Assembly (NCBI RefSeq): GCF_964213995.1
Contig: NW_027590142.1
Coordinates: 62,001 to 126,000 of the forward strand
Length of the DNA stretch: 64,000 nucleotides
Direction: 5' to 3'
DNA from: Mustelus asterias
Taxonomy: Eukaryota
Part shown: positions 52,061 to 64,000 of the stretch, piece by piece
How positions within the stretch are numbered: the first letter of the stretch is position 1
How the letters are laid out: each line of letters opens with the position of its first letter
Notes under the pieces: model-generated
Databases searched by the model: none
The model's input: the letters and a program-made list of their open reading frames with translations, nothing else
Told to the model about the DNA's origin: nothing
Translations under genes and position numbers: made by a program

Positions 52061-52133
52061 GGTTTTGATGCTAAATTATAACACTGTGTAAATGGTTAGG
52101 AGAGTCACAGTGAAAAGAAGCTGAGCAAATACC
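52061..52133 (+). other. Unrearranged NAR-TCR D segment (52089-52105, taaatggttaggagagt) with 12/12 RSS
   Basis: GGTTTTGAT, 12 nt, CACTGTG, D, CACAGTG, 12 nt, GCAAATACC. Confidence 0.9.
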
Positions 52134-52480
52134 TGTGCACAATTACAATATACATTCGCAGGGCCCAGAGAGAGAATTATGGATTGATGTTATTAGCGCT
52201 GCAATCTGGATTAATTACATTGCACTTTCCATCACTCACATCTTTCTTTGATATTTTTCTCAGTTAATATGAAGCGACTATCTCCTCCCTGGGGATATTT
52301 ACTGAGAACGCGGGGCCTCAAAAAGAACAGTTTGAACCGACAGAGACTTCAAAACATTGAATAATATTTATTGATTTAAATCCCCCGAATAATTGGGAAC
52401 TTCCAAATGACTGTGATGATTTCCCGTCAAGTTGAGTAGTCGGTAGTTCTTGTACGGGGAGACTGAGATCGGTATCACTG
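52106..52480 (+). repeat. Direct near-identical copy of the D-J intervening DNA at 23071-23444, ending in a truncated J 22-RSS; J is absent
   Basis: Colinear with few substitutions and one indel; nonamer 52445-52453, 22 nt spacer, CACTG, then inverted V. Confidence 0.92.
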
Positions 52481-52962
52481 GCCGTCTCCTTTGTAATGAG
52501 CTTTACAGAAATAGGTGGCGGTGTCTTCAACTCTCACATCCCGAATTTCCAACGAAAATTTCTTTTCTGCTTTATTCACCGACACAACAAATCTCCCTCC
52601 GCCGGAGATCCACTCCCGCTCCGTTCCGGTCTGTGTTTGTTTGAAGAATTCCGCCCTCTCCAAAGCACGAGCGTAGAATCCACCATAGAAAACACAGGTG
52701 ATGGTGAGGGACTGACATTCCTTCCTGGTCACCGCTGCCGGGCTCTGTACCACTGACTGACTGAAAGATCCTGGAAATTAAACACAAGAGAGTTTAAAGG
52801 ATCATCAGAGCTGAACCACACAACGGGGCTAAAACCCCAGACAGTGTCTGTAATTGGGATGGACTGGGGCAGCTTTATATTCAATCCACACAATGTAGTT
52901 TAGTGTGATCAGTACCCACTGGGTAAATAGACACACAGGCTGAAAACGAGAAGAATTCCCAT
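52481..52962 (-). pseudogene. Second NAR-TCR V(D) copy, inverted; ORF open but RSS heptamer broken (leader 52962-52920, exon 52770-52481)
   Basis: Near-identical to 22581-23061 (YFCKAHYKGDG); adjacent heptamer reads GCCAGTG and lacks the essential CAC. Confidence 0.85.
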
Positions 52963-53314
52963 CGCTCTGCTGCCCGGAGCTGATGGTTGATATGACGGGG
53001 AGCTGGAGACTGCAGAGCTGGACTGCTCTGGGACACTGGATCTCAGAGCGGAACTGAAAGACATCAGGCCCGAACGTCGTCAATTTTGGCCACGCCCATT
53101 GTTTAAAATAAATCTCGAGAATCTAAAGGTGGCGGAAAGCTATGAACATTCAGTCAAGGTTCCATAGTTATCGCTGCCTCGGAGCTCCCGACCCGAGAAT
53201 CTCGTCCCGCGACTCCTCTGGCTGTTGCCACCCAGAGTTTGGGAATGTCCCTCTTTGTCAAAAACAAGTAAGATTCTTATTCTTTTATTTTTTTTCAGTG
53301 TCCAAGTGCAGAGA

Positions 53315-53341
53315 TAACCCTAACCCTAAGCCTAACCCTAA
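53315..53341. repeat. Short interstitial telomeric repeat (TAACCC)x~4.5
   Basis: taaccctaaccctaagcctaaccctaa. Confidence 0.85.
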
Positions 53342-54292
53342 TGAGTGCTGGGTCCACTGTTATTTGTCACTTATATTAATGATTTGGATGAGAATTTAGG
53401 AGGCGTGGTGTGATTTGCAGATGACACCAAGATTGGTGGCATAGTGGACAGTGAAGAAGGTTATCAAGGATTGGGCTAGTGGACTGATGAATGGAAGATG
53501 AAGTTTTATTTAGATGAATGCAAGGTGATCCAAATTGGTCGGTCGAACCAGAACAGGACTTACTCATTTAATGGGAGGGTGTTATGGAAAGCTATAGAAC
53601 AAAAGGATCTCAGGGTACAGGTTCATAGTTCCTTGAAAGTGGAGTCTCAGGTGGACAAAGTGGTGAAGAAGGCATTCAGCATGCTTGGTTTCATCAGTCA
53701 GAACATTGAATACGGGTGTTAGGACGTCTTGCTGAAGTTGCACAAGACATTGGTAAGGCCACATTTTGGATACTGTGTATAGTTCTTGTCAACCTATTAC
53801 AGAAAGGATATTATTAAACTAGAAATAGTGCAGAAAAGATTTACTAGGATGCTACCAGGACTTGATGGTTTGAGTTATAAGGAGAGGCTGGATATACTGG
53901 GACTTTTTAGGGTTGATCTTATAGAGGTCTATAAAATAGCGAGGGCATCGATCAGTTTGATGGTCAACATATTTTCCAAAAGGCGGGAGAGTCTACAACT
54001 AGAGGGCATAAGTTTAAGTTGAGAAGGGAGAGATACAAGAGGGTCCAGAAGGGCAATTTTTAACAAAGAGGGTGGCGAATGCCTGGAACAAACCGCTAGA
54101 GGCCGTAGTAGAGGCGGATACAATTTTGTCTTTTAAAAAGATTTTGGACAGTTCCATGGGTAAAATGAGTATGGAGGGATATGGGCCAAACGTGGGCAAT
54201 TGGGACTAGCTTAGTGGTTAATAAAAGGGCGACATGGACAAGTTGGGCCAAAAGGCCTGTTTCTATGCTGTAAACGTCTATGACTCTATGAC
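53342..54292 (+). mobile_element. CR1 RT and 3' end, twin of 21400-21956
   Basis: Shares NRTYSFNGRVLW and EQKDLRVQVHSS variants with the 21.6 kb copy. Confidence 0.85.
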
Positions 54293-55005
54293 TGCGGAAC
54301 ACACAGGGTGAAGTGAGTGTGATAGACACTAGCTTCAAGAAGGTTTCACACCACAAGTCCAGACAGATAGATGGGTGACTGCCAGGACAGGCAGGCATAT
54401 AATGCAGGAGTCTCCTGTGGCGCTTCCCCTCTCAAACAAGTATACCGTTTTGGATACTGTTGGGGAGGTGGTGGGGTGGAGGGGGTGGGGGGAATAACCT
54501 CTCAGGGGAAAATACCAGCAGTAGCCAGGCCTGTGGCACCACAACTGGTTCTGCTGTAGAGCAGGGTCGAGCTAAGTTCAAGCGAGTTAAAGTTGTAGGA
54601 GACTCGATAGCCAGGGGCACAGTCAGGCGTTTCTGTGGCAGCGACAGACATTCTAGGATGCTGTGGTCCCTCGCTGGTTCCAGGGTCCTGGGTGTCTCTG
54701 AGCAGGTACAGGCATCCTGAAACGGAAGGGTGAACAGATAGATGTCATTGTCCATATTGGCACGAATGACAGAGGCAGGAAAGGGGAAGAGGTCCTGTGA
54801 AGAAAATTCAGGGAGTTAAGTTGAGAGCTAAGAGCAGGACCTCTGGGGTAGTAATCTCAGGATTACCGCCCCCCCCCCCGCCGCCCCCGCCATGCCACGT
54901 GCTAGTGAGGCTTGCAACAGGGAGATAATACAGTTGAATACGTGGCTGAAGAGCCGGTGTATGAGGGAGGGCTTTAGAGATATGAATCACCGGGATGTTT
55001 TCAGG
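54293..55005 (+). mobile_element. CR1 ORF1 (SGNH/GDSL esterase) fragment
   Basis: VVGDSIARGTVRRFCG and VIVHIGTND motifs. Confidence 0.7.
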
Positions 55006-55134
55006 CAACTGAAGGATCTTATTGGAGGATTGTGCTATATTTTTCTTGTTCCTATTATTTTATTTTAATACAATTTAATGCAAATGAACCTATTCACAGA
55101 ATCGATACCAATCTCAGGAACAGCGATAGGCGAA

Positions 55135-55420
55135 CTCGAAGACATACACACACGAACACATTCACAAACTCAAACAGACACACGAAAACTCACAGGCACA
55201 CACACAAACACATATACGGATATACACAATCTCAGACAAGCAGCTGCAGGCAAACTGGCAGACACACACAAACACATTCACGGACGCACACAGACATGCA
55301 AACAAAAACACAGACTTACATAAACACAAGCACAGACACACACTCACAGACATGCAGACAAACAGACAAACACATAGACATGCACACCATCAAACGCACT
55401 CTCATAAACAGAGAGACAAA
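55135..55420. repeat. CA-rich low-complexity tract
   Basis: Degenerate (CA)n; inverted counterpart of the TG tract after 19345. Confidence 0.8.
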
Positions 55421-55865
55421 CTGAGACAATGAAGGGTTGAAGTCAATTTCACTCTAATCCACCTGCTGGGCACTAAGATAATAAGAGAAGCAAATCTAAA
55501 GCTCGTTGTGTTGGGTTTGTTGTGAAATGAGAAAAAGTATAAATATACCGCATAGCTCAGAATGGGACTGGAATTGATGATTTCTCAGCTGTCTGTGATC
55601 TCTTTGAACAAATATAGAATTGGAGAGATTTTAACGCGTGAATTGTAATATCTAATGGCGTAAAGTATCTGGGTGCAGAGTGGATTTGATAAAGGCTGGA
55701 AGACAGACTGAGGTAATGAGATTGAAGCTGCTGTTCTGAGTGAATGGTTTTTTTGCAGGGAGCGATGGATGGGGGAGAGAGGGATGGATGGAGAGAGGGA
55801 GGGAGAGTGAGATGGATGGAGGAAGAGATGGATCGATAGGGGTGAATGTGAGAAGCTGAAGTTTA

Positions 55866-57690
55866 TAGAACATTGAACATAGAATATTACAGTGCAGTAC
55901 AGGTCTTTCGGCCCTCGATGTTGCGCCGACCAGTGGAACCAATCTAAAGCCCCTCTAATCTACACTATTCCAATATCATCCATATGTTTATCCAATAACC
56001 ATTTGAATGCTCTCAATGTTGACGAGTCCACTACTGCTGCAGGCAGGGCATTCCACGCCCTTACTACTCTCTGAGTAAAGAACCTACCTCTAACATCTGT
56101 CCTATATCTCTCACCCCTCAATTTAAAGCTATGTCCCCTCGTGTTAGCCATCACCACCCGAGGAAAAAGGCTCTCACTATCCACCCTATCTAATCCTCTG
56201 ATCATCTTGTATGCCTCTGTTAAGTTACCTCTTAACCTTCTTCTCTCTAACGAAAACAACCTCAAGTCCCTCAGCCTTTCCTCATACGATCTTCCCACCA
56301 TACCAGGCAACATCCTGGTAAATCTCCTCTGCACCCTTTCTAACGCTTCCACATCTTTCCTATAATGTGGTGACCAGAACTGTACGCAATACTCCAAGTG
56401 CGGCCGCACCAGAGTTTTATACAGTTGCAGCACGACCTCATGGCTCTGAAAGTCAATCCCTCTACCAATAAAAGCTAACACACCGGATGCCTTCTTAACA
56501 ACCCTATCAACCTGGGTGCCAACTTTCAGGTATCTATGCACCTGGACACCCAGATCCCTCTGTTCATCCACACTACCAAGTATCTTACCATCAGCCCAGT
56601 ACTCTGTATTCCTGTTACTACTTCCAAAGTGAATCACCTCACACTTTTCCGCATTAAACTCCATTTGCCACCTCTCAGCCCAGCTCTGCAGCTTATCTAT
56701 GTCCTTCTGTAACCTGCCACCTCCCTCCGCACTGTCTACACCTCCACCGACTTTAGTGTCATCCGCAAATTTACTAATCCATCCTTCCACGCCCTCATCC
56801 AGGTCATTAATAAAAATGACAAACAGCAGTGGCCCCAAAACAGATCCTTCCGGTACACCACTAGTAACTGAACTCCAGGATGAATATTTCCCATCAACCA
56901 GCAACCTCTGTTTTCTTACAGTTAGCCAATTCCTGATCCAAACCACTAAATCACGCTAAATCCCATGTGTCCGTATTTTCTTCCAAAGCTTACCATGGGG
57001 AACCTTATCAAACGCTTTGCTGAAATCCATATACACCACATCAACTGTTATACCCTCATCCACCTCTTTGGTCACCTTCTCAAAGAACTCAATAAGGTTT
57101 GTGAGACACGACCTACCCTTCACAATACTGTGCTGACTATCCCTAATCAAATTATTCCTTTCTGGATGATTATCAATCCTATCTCTTAAAATCTTTTCCA
57201 AAACTTTGCCCACAACAGAAGTAAGGCTCACTGGTCTATAATTTCCAGGGTTGTCCCTACTTCCCTTCTTGAACAAGGGGACAATATTTGCTATCTTCCA
57301 GTCTTCTGGCACTGTTCCTGTAGACAATGACGACACAAAGATCAAAGCCAAAGGCTCTGCAATCTCCTCTCGAGCCTCCCAGAGAATCCTAGGATAAATC
57401 CCATCCGGCCCAGGGGAATTATCTATTTTTACCCTTTCCAGAATTGTTCACATCTCCTCCTTATGAACCTCAATCCCGTCCAGTCCAACAGCCTGCATCT
57501 CAGTACTCCCCTCGACAACATTGTCCCTCTCCTGTGTGAATACCGACGAAAAATATTCATTTAGTGCCTCTCCTATCTCTTCAGACTCCACGCACAACTT
57601 CCCACTACTGTCCTTGACTGGCCCTAATCTTACCCTCGTCATTCTTTTACTCCTGACATACCTATAGAAAGCTTTAGGGTTTTCCTTTGG
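55866..57690 (-). mobile_element. CR1 LINE, 5'-truncated, with a 328-aa RT ORF
   Basis: GNYRPVSLTSVVGK, SGVPEGSVLGPLLF and KFADDTK. Confidence 0.92.
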
Positions 57691-58389
57691 CCGGTCGGCT
57701 ATATGACATTATATTATTGCATCCTTATGTTAAGAAAAAGTGGAGTGAACGGTAATGCAAAAGAGAAGTCAACATTTCAGTGAGTTACTGAAGCCTCTGA
57801 GCGTGATCATTTTATCTTTGTAGTTCTTGGATCAAACCCACCGAATTAACATAAATAAGAAAATTTATTGGCGGTGCTAAGAGACATGATTGATAAGAGT
57901 GGAACACTGGAAACCAAAACAGATGGCAGACCAGAAAGAAAATATCGGAAAATTTATTTCTGAGAGAAGTTTTATACTAGCAATAATCCATTCTCCAAGG
58001 TAAAGTACTTCCTCCAACCCTTCGTCCGGAGAGAATGGCTTTGTTCCCATTTCACTGACAGCTGCTACCAGAAGATATGCCACTCGTCTGTCGCATCTAC
58101 TAACACAAGTGATGCGCTCTCATGCATCAAGTGTGGCTGGCCAGCAGTATGGCCTGTTCTTACCGCCTGTTAGGGATGAAGTTCTGAGATTGGACTAGAC
58201 ACAGTACCGTCTGTCTGGGCCGCAGTTCGATTATACATGGCGCCATCAGACCTTCGTGAACCGCCAACACACTTTCAGATCATTTATTAGAAAATTGTAC
58301 AATGCGAGTGCAATCCAGGGGATGAGGGCAAAACAAAACTTCTACAGTTCGATGATCTTACCCTCGAGATCAGAGTGGTTAACAGAGCT

Positions 58390-58620
58390 GGCTCAGCGGC
58401 AGTGAGCCGGGTTCAATTTCGGCCTCGGTGTCTCTCTATGTGGAGTTTTCGCATTCTCCATTTCTTCATTGGTTTCGTCCGGGTGCTCTGGTTTCCTCCC
58501 ACACTTCAAAGATCTGTAAGCTAGATGGGTTAGCATGGGGTGTGTGGGGAATGGGCTGTTCGTAGAGTCAGTGCAGTGTCGATAGGCCGAATAGCCTCCT
58601 TCTGCACTGTCAGGATTCCC
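58390..58620 (+). mobile_element. Degenerate HE1-family SINE
   Basis: gggtgctctggtttcctcccaca and ggccgaatagcctccttctgcactgt. Confidence 0.6.
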
Positions 58621-59799
58621 TAATGAAGCAAGGTGAAGGGACTTAGAATGATGGAAGATCATTGGCCAGCAATTTGTTGAAGAAAAAGTGATGCATTCAG
58701 TTTTCCAGCGAGAGTCAAACAAGCGGTTAATCAACTTTCCCATAGCATTTGCTCTTTGGCTGTACTCGAAATACAATGCAACTATGGGAAGCTGCTGCAG
58801 CAGGATTTCCATCACCACTTCCTCGGGAAAATAAATGCTGACAGCCATCCTTACAGTCAGGCATCTATAACAAATTTTGACTGAAGCATATCCGATAGAC
58901 AGGATTTACAGGTAAACATTGGTCTCGCGATATTAGGTGAGAGGAAATTAAAAAAATACTGAACTGACGAATGAGTTTGGAGAGGTGACGTGTAAAACGA
59001 GCAAGAGAAGTTCTAGGAACTGGTAATAGGATGTGAAATCCAACCACAAACAGACCAAAGGAAATCAACAAAATTTCAACTGTTCAAATTGTGGAGATCG
59101 GTGGGGCAGGGAAAGGGGAGGGGCGGGGTGGGCCGGTGGAAGGAAACGATCCTAGAAGTTGCAAGAAAAGTATGAAGAGTCGAGGTTTGTGAAAAATTGA
59201 GAAATCTTATAAATTAGTCAGAACAGAAACATTCTTATTGAAGGCCTTTGGACATTACCAACAATGGAAGGAAATTAGGGTGAGCGAAAAGTGCTATTCG
59301 GATCAAATGGACATAAATAAGAGCCAACGTCAACCACTTGGCTATTGTAGACACCTCTATCATTCAATAAGTTCATGGGTGTTTCAATCTTGGTGTGAAC
59401 TACACGTTGCCACGTGTTCCCCACAACACTTGAATTCCCTGTAGTTCGAACAATTGTCTAACTCAGCATTTGATTCATCCAGTGACACAGCATTGGCTGC
59501 TCTTTGAGGAAGAACATTATAAGGACCATAGGACTTCTGACGGAAAAAAACGTACCTCTCATCGCAGTATTGAATGGAAACATCATGGCTAGAATTCTCC
59601 CATCCCGCTCGCCAGGGGAATTGTAGCGGGTGGGGGGGTGGGCCATGTAACGGTCCATTGACCTCTGGCTGGATTCTCTGGATTTTGAGACGAGCATGCC
59701 CAGAGAATCACTCCATTAATAGTTAGAAAGTGCCCCTAATTCCAGATTTCCTCAACGAACATGTGCAGCGAAGAGTTGTTGCAGGAGAGTTGTTGCATT

Positions 59800-61630
59800 T
59801 TATTCATACGTTAGGAACAAAAGGGTTGTTAGGGAAAAAATCGGACCTCTCAGGGACAAAAGTGGGGACTTATGCTTGGAGCCCAAAGAAGTAGGGGAGA
59901 TCCTAAATGAATACTTTGCGTCGATATTCACAAAGGAGAGGGATGTGTTGACTGGAAGTGTCTCGGAGGGGAGTGTTGAACCGTTGGAGAAAATCTCCAT
60001 TACAAAGGAGGAAGTGTTAGGTTTGTTAGAGAATATAAAGACTGACAAATCCCCAGGGCCTGATGGAATCATAGAACATAGAACATTACAGCACAGAACA
60101 GGCCCTTCGGCCCACGATGTTGCACCGACCAGTTTAAAAAAAAAACTATCCAAGGCTGCTCAGGGAGACGAGAGGTGAAATCGTTGGGCCTCTGACGCAA
60201 ATCTTTGTCTCGTCACTGGACGCAGGTGAGGTCCCAGAGGATTGGAGGACAGCTAATGTGGTCCCGTTATTTAAGAAGGGTAGGAAGGATAACCCGGGTA
60301 ATTATAGGCCAGTGAGCTTGACGTCCGTGGTGGGGAAGTTGTCGGAGAAGATTCTTAGAGATAGGATGTATGCGCATTTAGAAAGGAATAAACTCATTAA
60401 CGATAGTCAGCATGGTTTTGTGAGAGGGAGGTCATGCCTCACTAACCTGGTGGTGTTTTTTGAAGAAGTGACCAGAATGGTTGACGAAGGAAGGCCGTGG
60501 ATGTTGTCTATATGGACTTTAGTAAAGCGTTTGACAAAGTCCCTCATGGTAGGCTAGTGAAAAAGGTTGGATCTCATGGGATAAAGGGGGAGGTGGCTAG
60601 AGGGGTGGAGAACTGGCTTGGTCATAGAAGACAGAGGGTGGTAGTGGAAGGGTCTTTTTTCCGGCTGGAGGCCTGTGACTAGTGGTGTTCCGTATTGGGA
60701 CCTCTGCTGTTTGTGATTTATATAAATGATCTGGAAGAAGGAGTAACTGGGGTGATCAGTAAGTTTGCGGACGACACAAAACTGGCAGGACTTGCAGATA
60801 GTGAGGAACATTGTCAGAGGCTACAGAAGGATATAGATAGGCTGGAAATTTGGGCAAGGAAATGGCAGATGGAGTTCAATCCTGATAAATGCGAAGTGAT
60901 GCATTTTGGTGGGAATAATGTAGGGAGGAGCTACACGATAAATGGAAGAACCATAAAGGGTGTAGAGACGCAGAGGGACCTGGGTGTGCAAGTCCACAGA
61001 TCTTTGAAGGTGACGTCACAGGTGGAGAAGGTGGTGAAGAAGGCATATGGCATGCTTGCCTTTATAGGACGGGGCATAGAGTATAAAAGTTGGGGTCTGA
61101 TGTTGCAGATGTATAGAACGTTGGTTCGGCCGCATTTGGAATACTGCGTCCAGTTCTGGTCGCCACACTACCAGAAGGACGTGGAGGCTTTGGAGAGAGT
61201 ACAGAGGAGGTTTACCAGGATGTTGCCTGGTATGGAGGGGCTTGGTTATGAGGAGAGATTGGGGAAACTGGGGTTGTTCTCCTTGGAAAGACGGAGGATG
61301 AGGGGAGACTTAATAGAGGTGTATAAAATTATGAAAGGCATAGACAGGGTGAACGGTGGGAAGCTTTTCCCCGGGTCGGTGGTGACGTTCACGAGGGGTC
61401 ATAGGTTCAAGGTGAAGGGGGGGAGGTTTAACACAGATATCAGAAGGACATATTTTACACAGAGGGTCGTGGAGGCCTGGAATGTGTTGCCGGGCAAGGT
61501 GGTGGAGGCGGACACACTGGGAACGTTTAAGACTTTCTCGACAGCTATATGAATGGAGTGGGAATGGAGGGATGCAAAAGAGTGGTCTAGTTTGGACCAG
61601 GGAGCGGCGCGGGCTAATTGTTCTTTGTTT
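59800..61630 (+). mobile_element. CR1 LINE, 5'-truncated, with a small inverted CR1-tail insert at ~60070-60146
   Basis: NPGNYRPVSLTSVVGK, KFADDTKLAG and LVRPHLEYCVQFWSP. Confidence 0.9.
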
Positions 61631-62499
61631 CTCGTTTCAAGGCTTCATTCTATGATCATCTTGCTGGTGCCAGTACAGAGCGAGACTGCGGATAGTTGGG
61701 AACCTGTCTCGGGGGCAGGGAATTCAGATGGTGTTCGTAAAGCAGAAGTGGAAATGAATAGGGTTGGGAAGCATTTTCTGATCAGGGCCAGTGTGATCTC
61801 CTGGACTCGTTTCGATCGCCTCAGGGGGTCGGAGAGGAATTTCCCAGATTTTCTTTCCCCATATTGGCCCTGGGGTTTTCACTCTGGGTTTTCGCCTCTC
61901 CCTGGAGATCACATGGTCTGGAATTGGGGGGTGGGGGTGAGTTAATAGGTTGTGATGAACAAAGCATCGTAGCTGTGAGGGACAGCTCGGTGGATAGGAT
62001 ATTAGGATGTAGATAGGCTGGAAAATTGGGCGGGGATCCTGGATTCAGGATTCAATCCTGGACCGGGGAGCGGCGCGGGCTTGGAGGGCCGAAGGGCCTG
62101 TTCCTGTGCTGTATTGTTCTTTGTTCTTGTTGTTCTTTGAGTGCTTCCTCTCAGAAGCGGACCCTTCTTACCTCCTAATCTCACAATGTCCAATAAGAGC
62201 ACCTCGCATTACTCCTAACTCTACTGAGTACAGGCACATACTACTCAACGTTCTTCGTAAGAGTACCCGTTTTGCCCAAATGAGGATCAAGAGAGTGAAA
62301 GTTAGCTGAACCCGTACCAAAGCATGTATATTTATTCACACATATTGAGAAAAAAAACTTTGCAGAATAATCTATGCGTGATCTCATGTATGTTCTCGTC
62401 CAGTTGCAGCAGAGAAAATAGAAAGGGAAGAAGTTATATCATCGTCACGAGAGAAAATGCACTGAGCGATTGTGCTTGACGGCAGGCAAGCCCCCAGAG

Positions 62500-63920
62500 C
62501 CTGGCTGCCTTCGTGTCAATGACCTTAAATTGTATGGCGTTGGAGAGAGTGCATCCATTTGCTACAATATTCTCAAATTTACTGGATGTGGATGTGGTTC
62601 CAGTGAATATCAAAAATGTTAATGTAACATCCTTATTCAAAAAGGGGGGAAGCAAAAGTAGGAATCTATTTGTTTAACATCCATCATTGGGAAATTGTTC
62701 GAATCAATTTTAAAGGAAGTAATAGCAGGATGTGTAGGAAGTGAAAATGCAATTCACCAGCCCCAGCACGGTGTTATGAAACGTAAACCGTATTTTGCTT
62801 GAGATCTTCGAAGATGCAAATAGTAAAATGGGTAATGCAGATCCTGTAGATGTAGACCTGAAGTCCAAAATGTATTTGTAACGTGCCATGCAAAATGATA
62901 ATACACATGTTTACTTAACGTGATATTCGGGATGATTTATAAGCTTGGATAGAGGATAGATTAACCAACATGAAGCAGAGATTCGGTCTAAATGGGTTAT
63001 TTGTGTGTTGTCGAGATGTATCGAGTCGGATGCCACAGGGATCAGTCCTCCAGCTCCATTTCTTTATGAACCATGTTAATTAATTTGATGCACGCATTGT
63101 AGATATCACCGTCAATTTACGGATGACACAAAGATCGGTGGGAGTCTAAGGTGTAACAGTTAAATAAGAAACTAAAAATTGAATAGGTTTAGGGTAAATT
63201 AATGTGGCAAAATTTGGCAAATGGAGTTTAACATGGATGAATGTGAGGTTATCCATCTTGGTAGGAAAAATATACAAAGGCAAATTATTTTCTCATTGGA
63301 GAGATACTTCGGAGTGTTTTGGTGCAGAGGGTTCTGGGTGTTCGTGTATATGATTCACAGAAAACTAATATGCACGTACAGCAGCTATCAATGAGGGCAA
63401 ATAGAGTCTTGGCATTTAGTTTAATGGAATAGAATATAAAAATAGCAATGTGGTGCTGCTACTATACAATGCATTAGTGAGACGGGACTTAGCATATTGT
63501 GCACAGTTTTGGTCCCGTTTATGACGATGGATGCAATTGCATTGGATGCACTTCAGAGAAGGTTCACTCGTTTGATTCCAGAGATGAGGGGTTTGACCTA
63601 CGAAGAGATTTGTCAGTTTAGGCCTATGCACCTTCCAGTTTAGAAGAATGAAGGGCGATCTAATTGAGGTAATCAATATGATCAGAGAGATTGTCAAAGT
63701 AGACGTGCAAAGCATGTTTCCTCTTTTAGGGGGCAATGAGGAACAAGAGATCCTAGTTTTAGATGATGGTTTACTGCAGAGATGAGGAGCAATTGCTTCT
63801 CTCAAATGGTCGTGAGTCCATGCAATTCATTACCCATTCGGCTTCGAGCAAATTAAAGGAAGAGGGTTACAGATTTTTAATTAGAATGGGTTTGAAGTGC
63901 TATAGGAAAGGGGCAAGAAA
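62500..63920 (+). mobile_element. Old, heavily decayed CR1 RT
   Basis: NVTSLFKKG, PQGSVL, DDTKIGG and YCAQFWS remnants. Confidence 0.7.
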
Positions 63921-64000
63921 GAGAGAGAGAGAGACAGAGAGAGACAGAGAGAGAGAGTATGTGTTGAGCAGGGAGTCTTTGTCTGTCGGTGTGTCTGCCT

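Noticed and set aside
51697-52480. RSS-bounded fragment as a RAG transposition insert
   Set aside because: Both ends are 22-spacer RSSs and there is no target-site duplication; the ends join an RSS and a coding end instead
57922-58210. Leader-like exon with a gtaaag donor and a downstream cacagta
   Set aside because: Wrong phase, not hydrophobic, and no V motifs or nonamer

Overview
This is shark (elasmobranch) genomic DNA, judged from HE1-type SINEs and CR1, Rex1 and Penelope debris. It comes from the V-segment region of a T-cell receptor alpha/delta-type locus. It holds about 10 V segments or relics in mixed orientation: conventional TCR V genes (mostly pseudogenes), a complete NAR-TCR cassette (NAR V-D, J and a leaderless supporting V-delta), a second inverted NAR V, and IgH-like V segments. 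It also holds a ~10.6 kb endogenous retrovirus with both LTRs, a tRNA-Phe PBS and a gamma-type env, plus tRNA-Val copies. The standout signal is three apparent RAG recombination scars fixed in the chromosome. (1) A NAR-TCR V is already fused to its D (23041-23098). (2) A perfect 12/22 signal joint CACTGTG|CACAGTG lies at 51669-51734. (3) A hybrid joint welds a J-type 22-RSS to the trimmed coding end of the inverted V-D copy (52445-52500). Together they suggest germline RAG activity remodelled the NAR-TCR locus by inversion and deletion. Other oddities are a triplicated 23-RSS and a telomeric-repeat patch at a deletion. Gene-segment and RSS coordinates were counted by hand; repeat boundaries are approximate.
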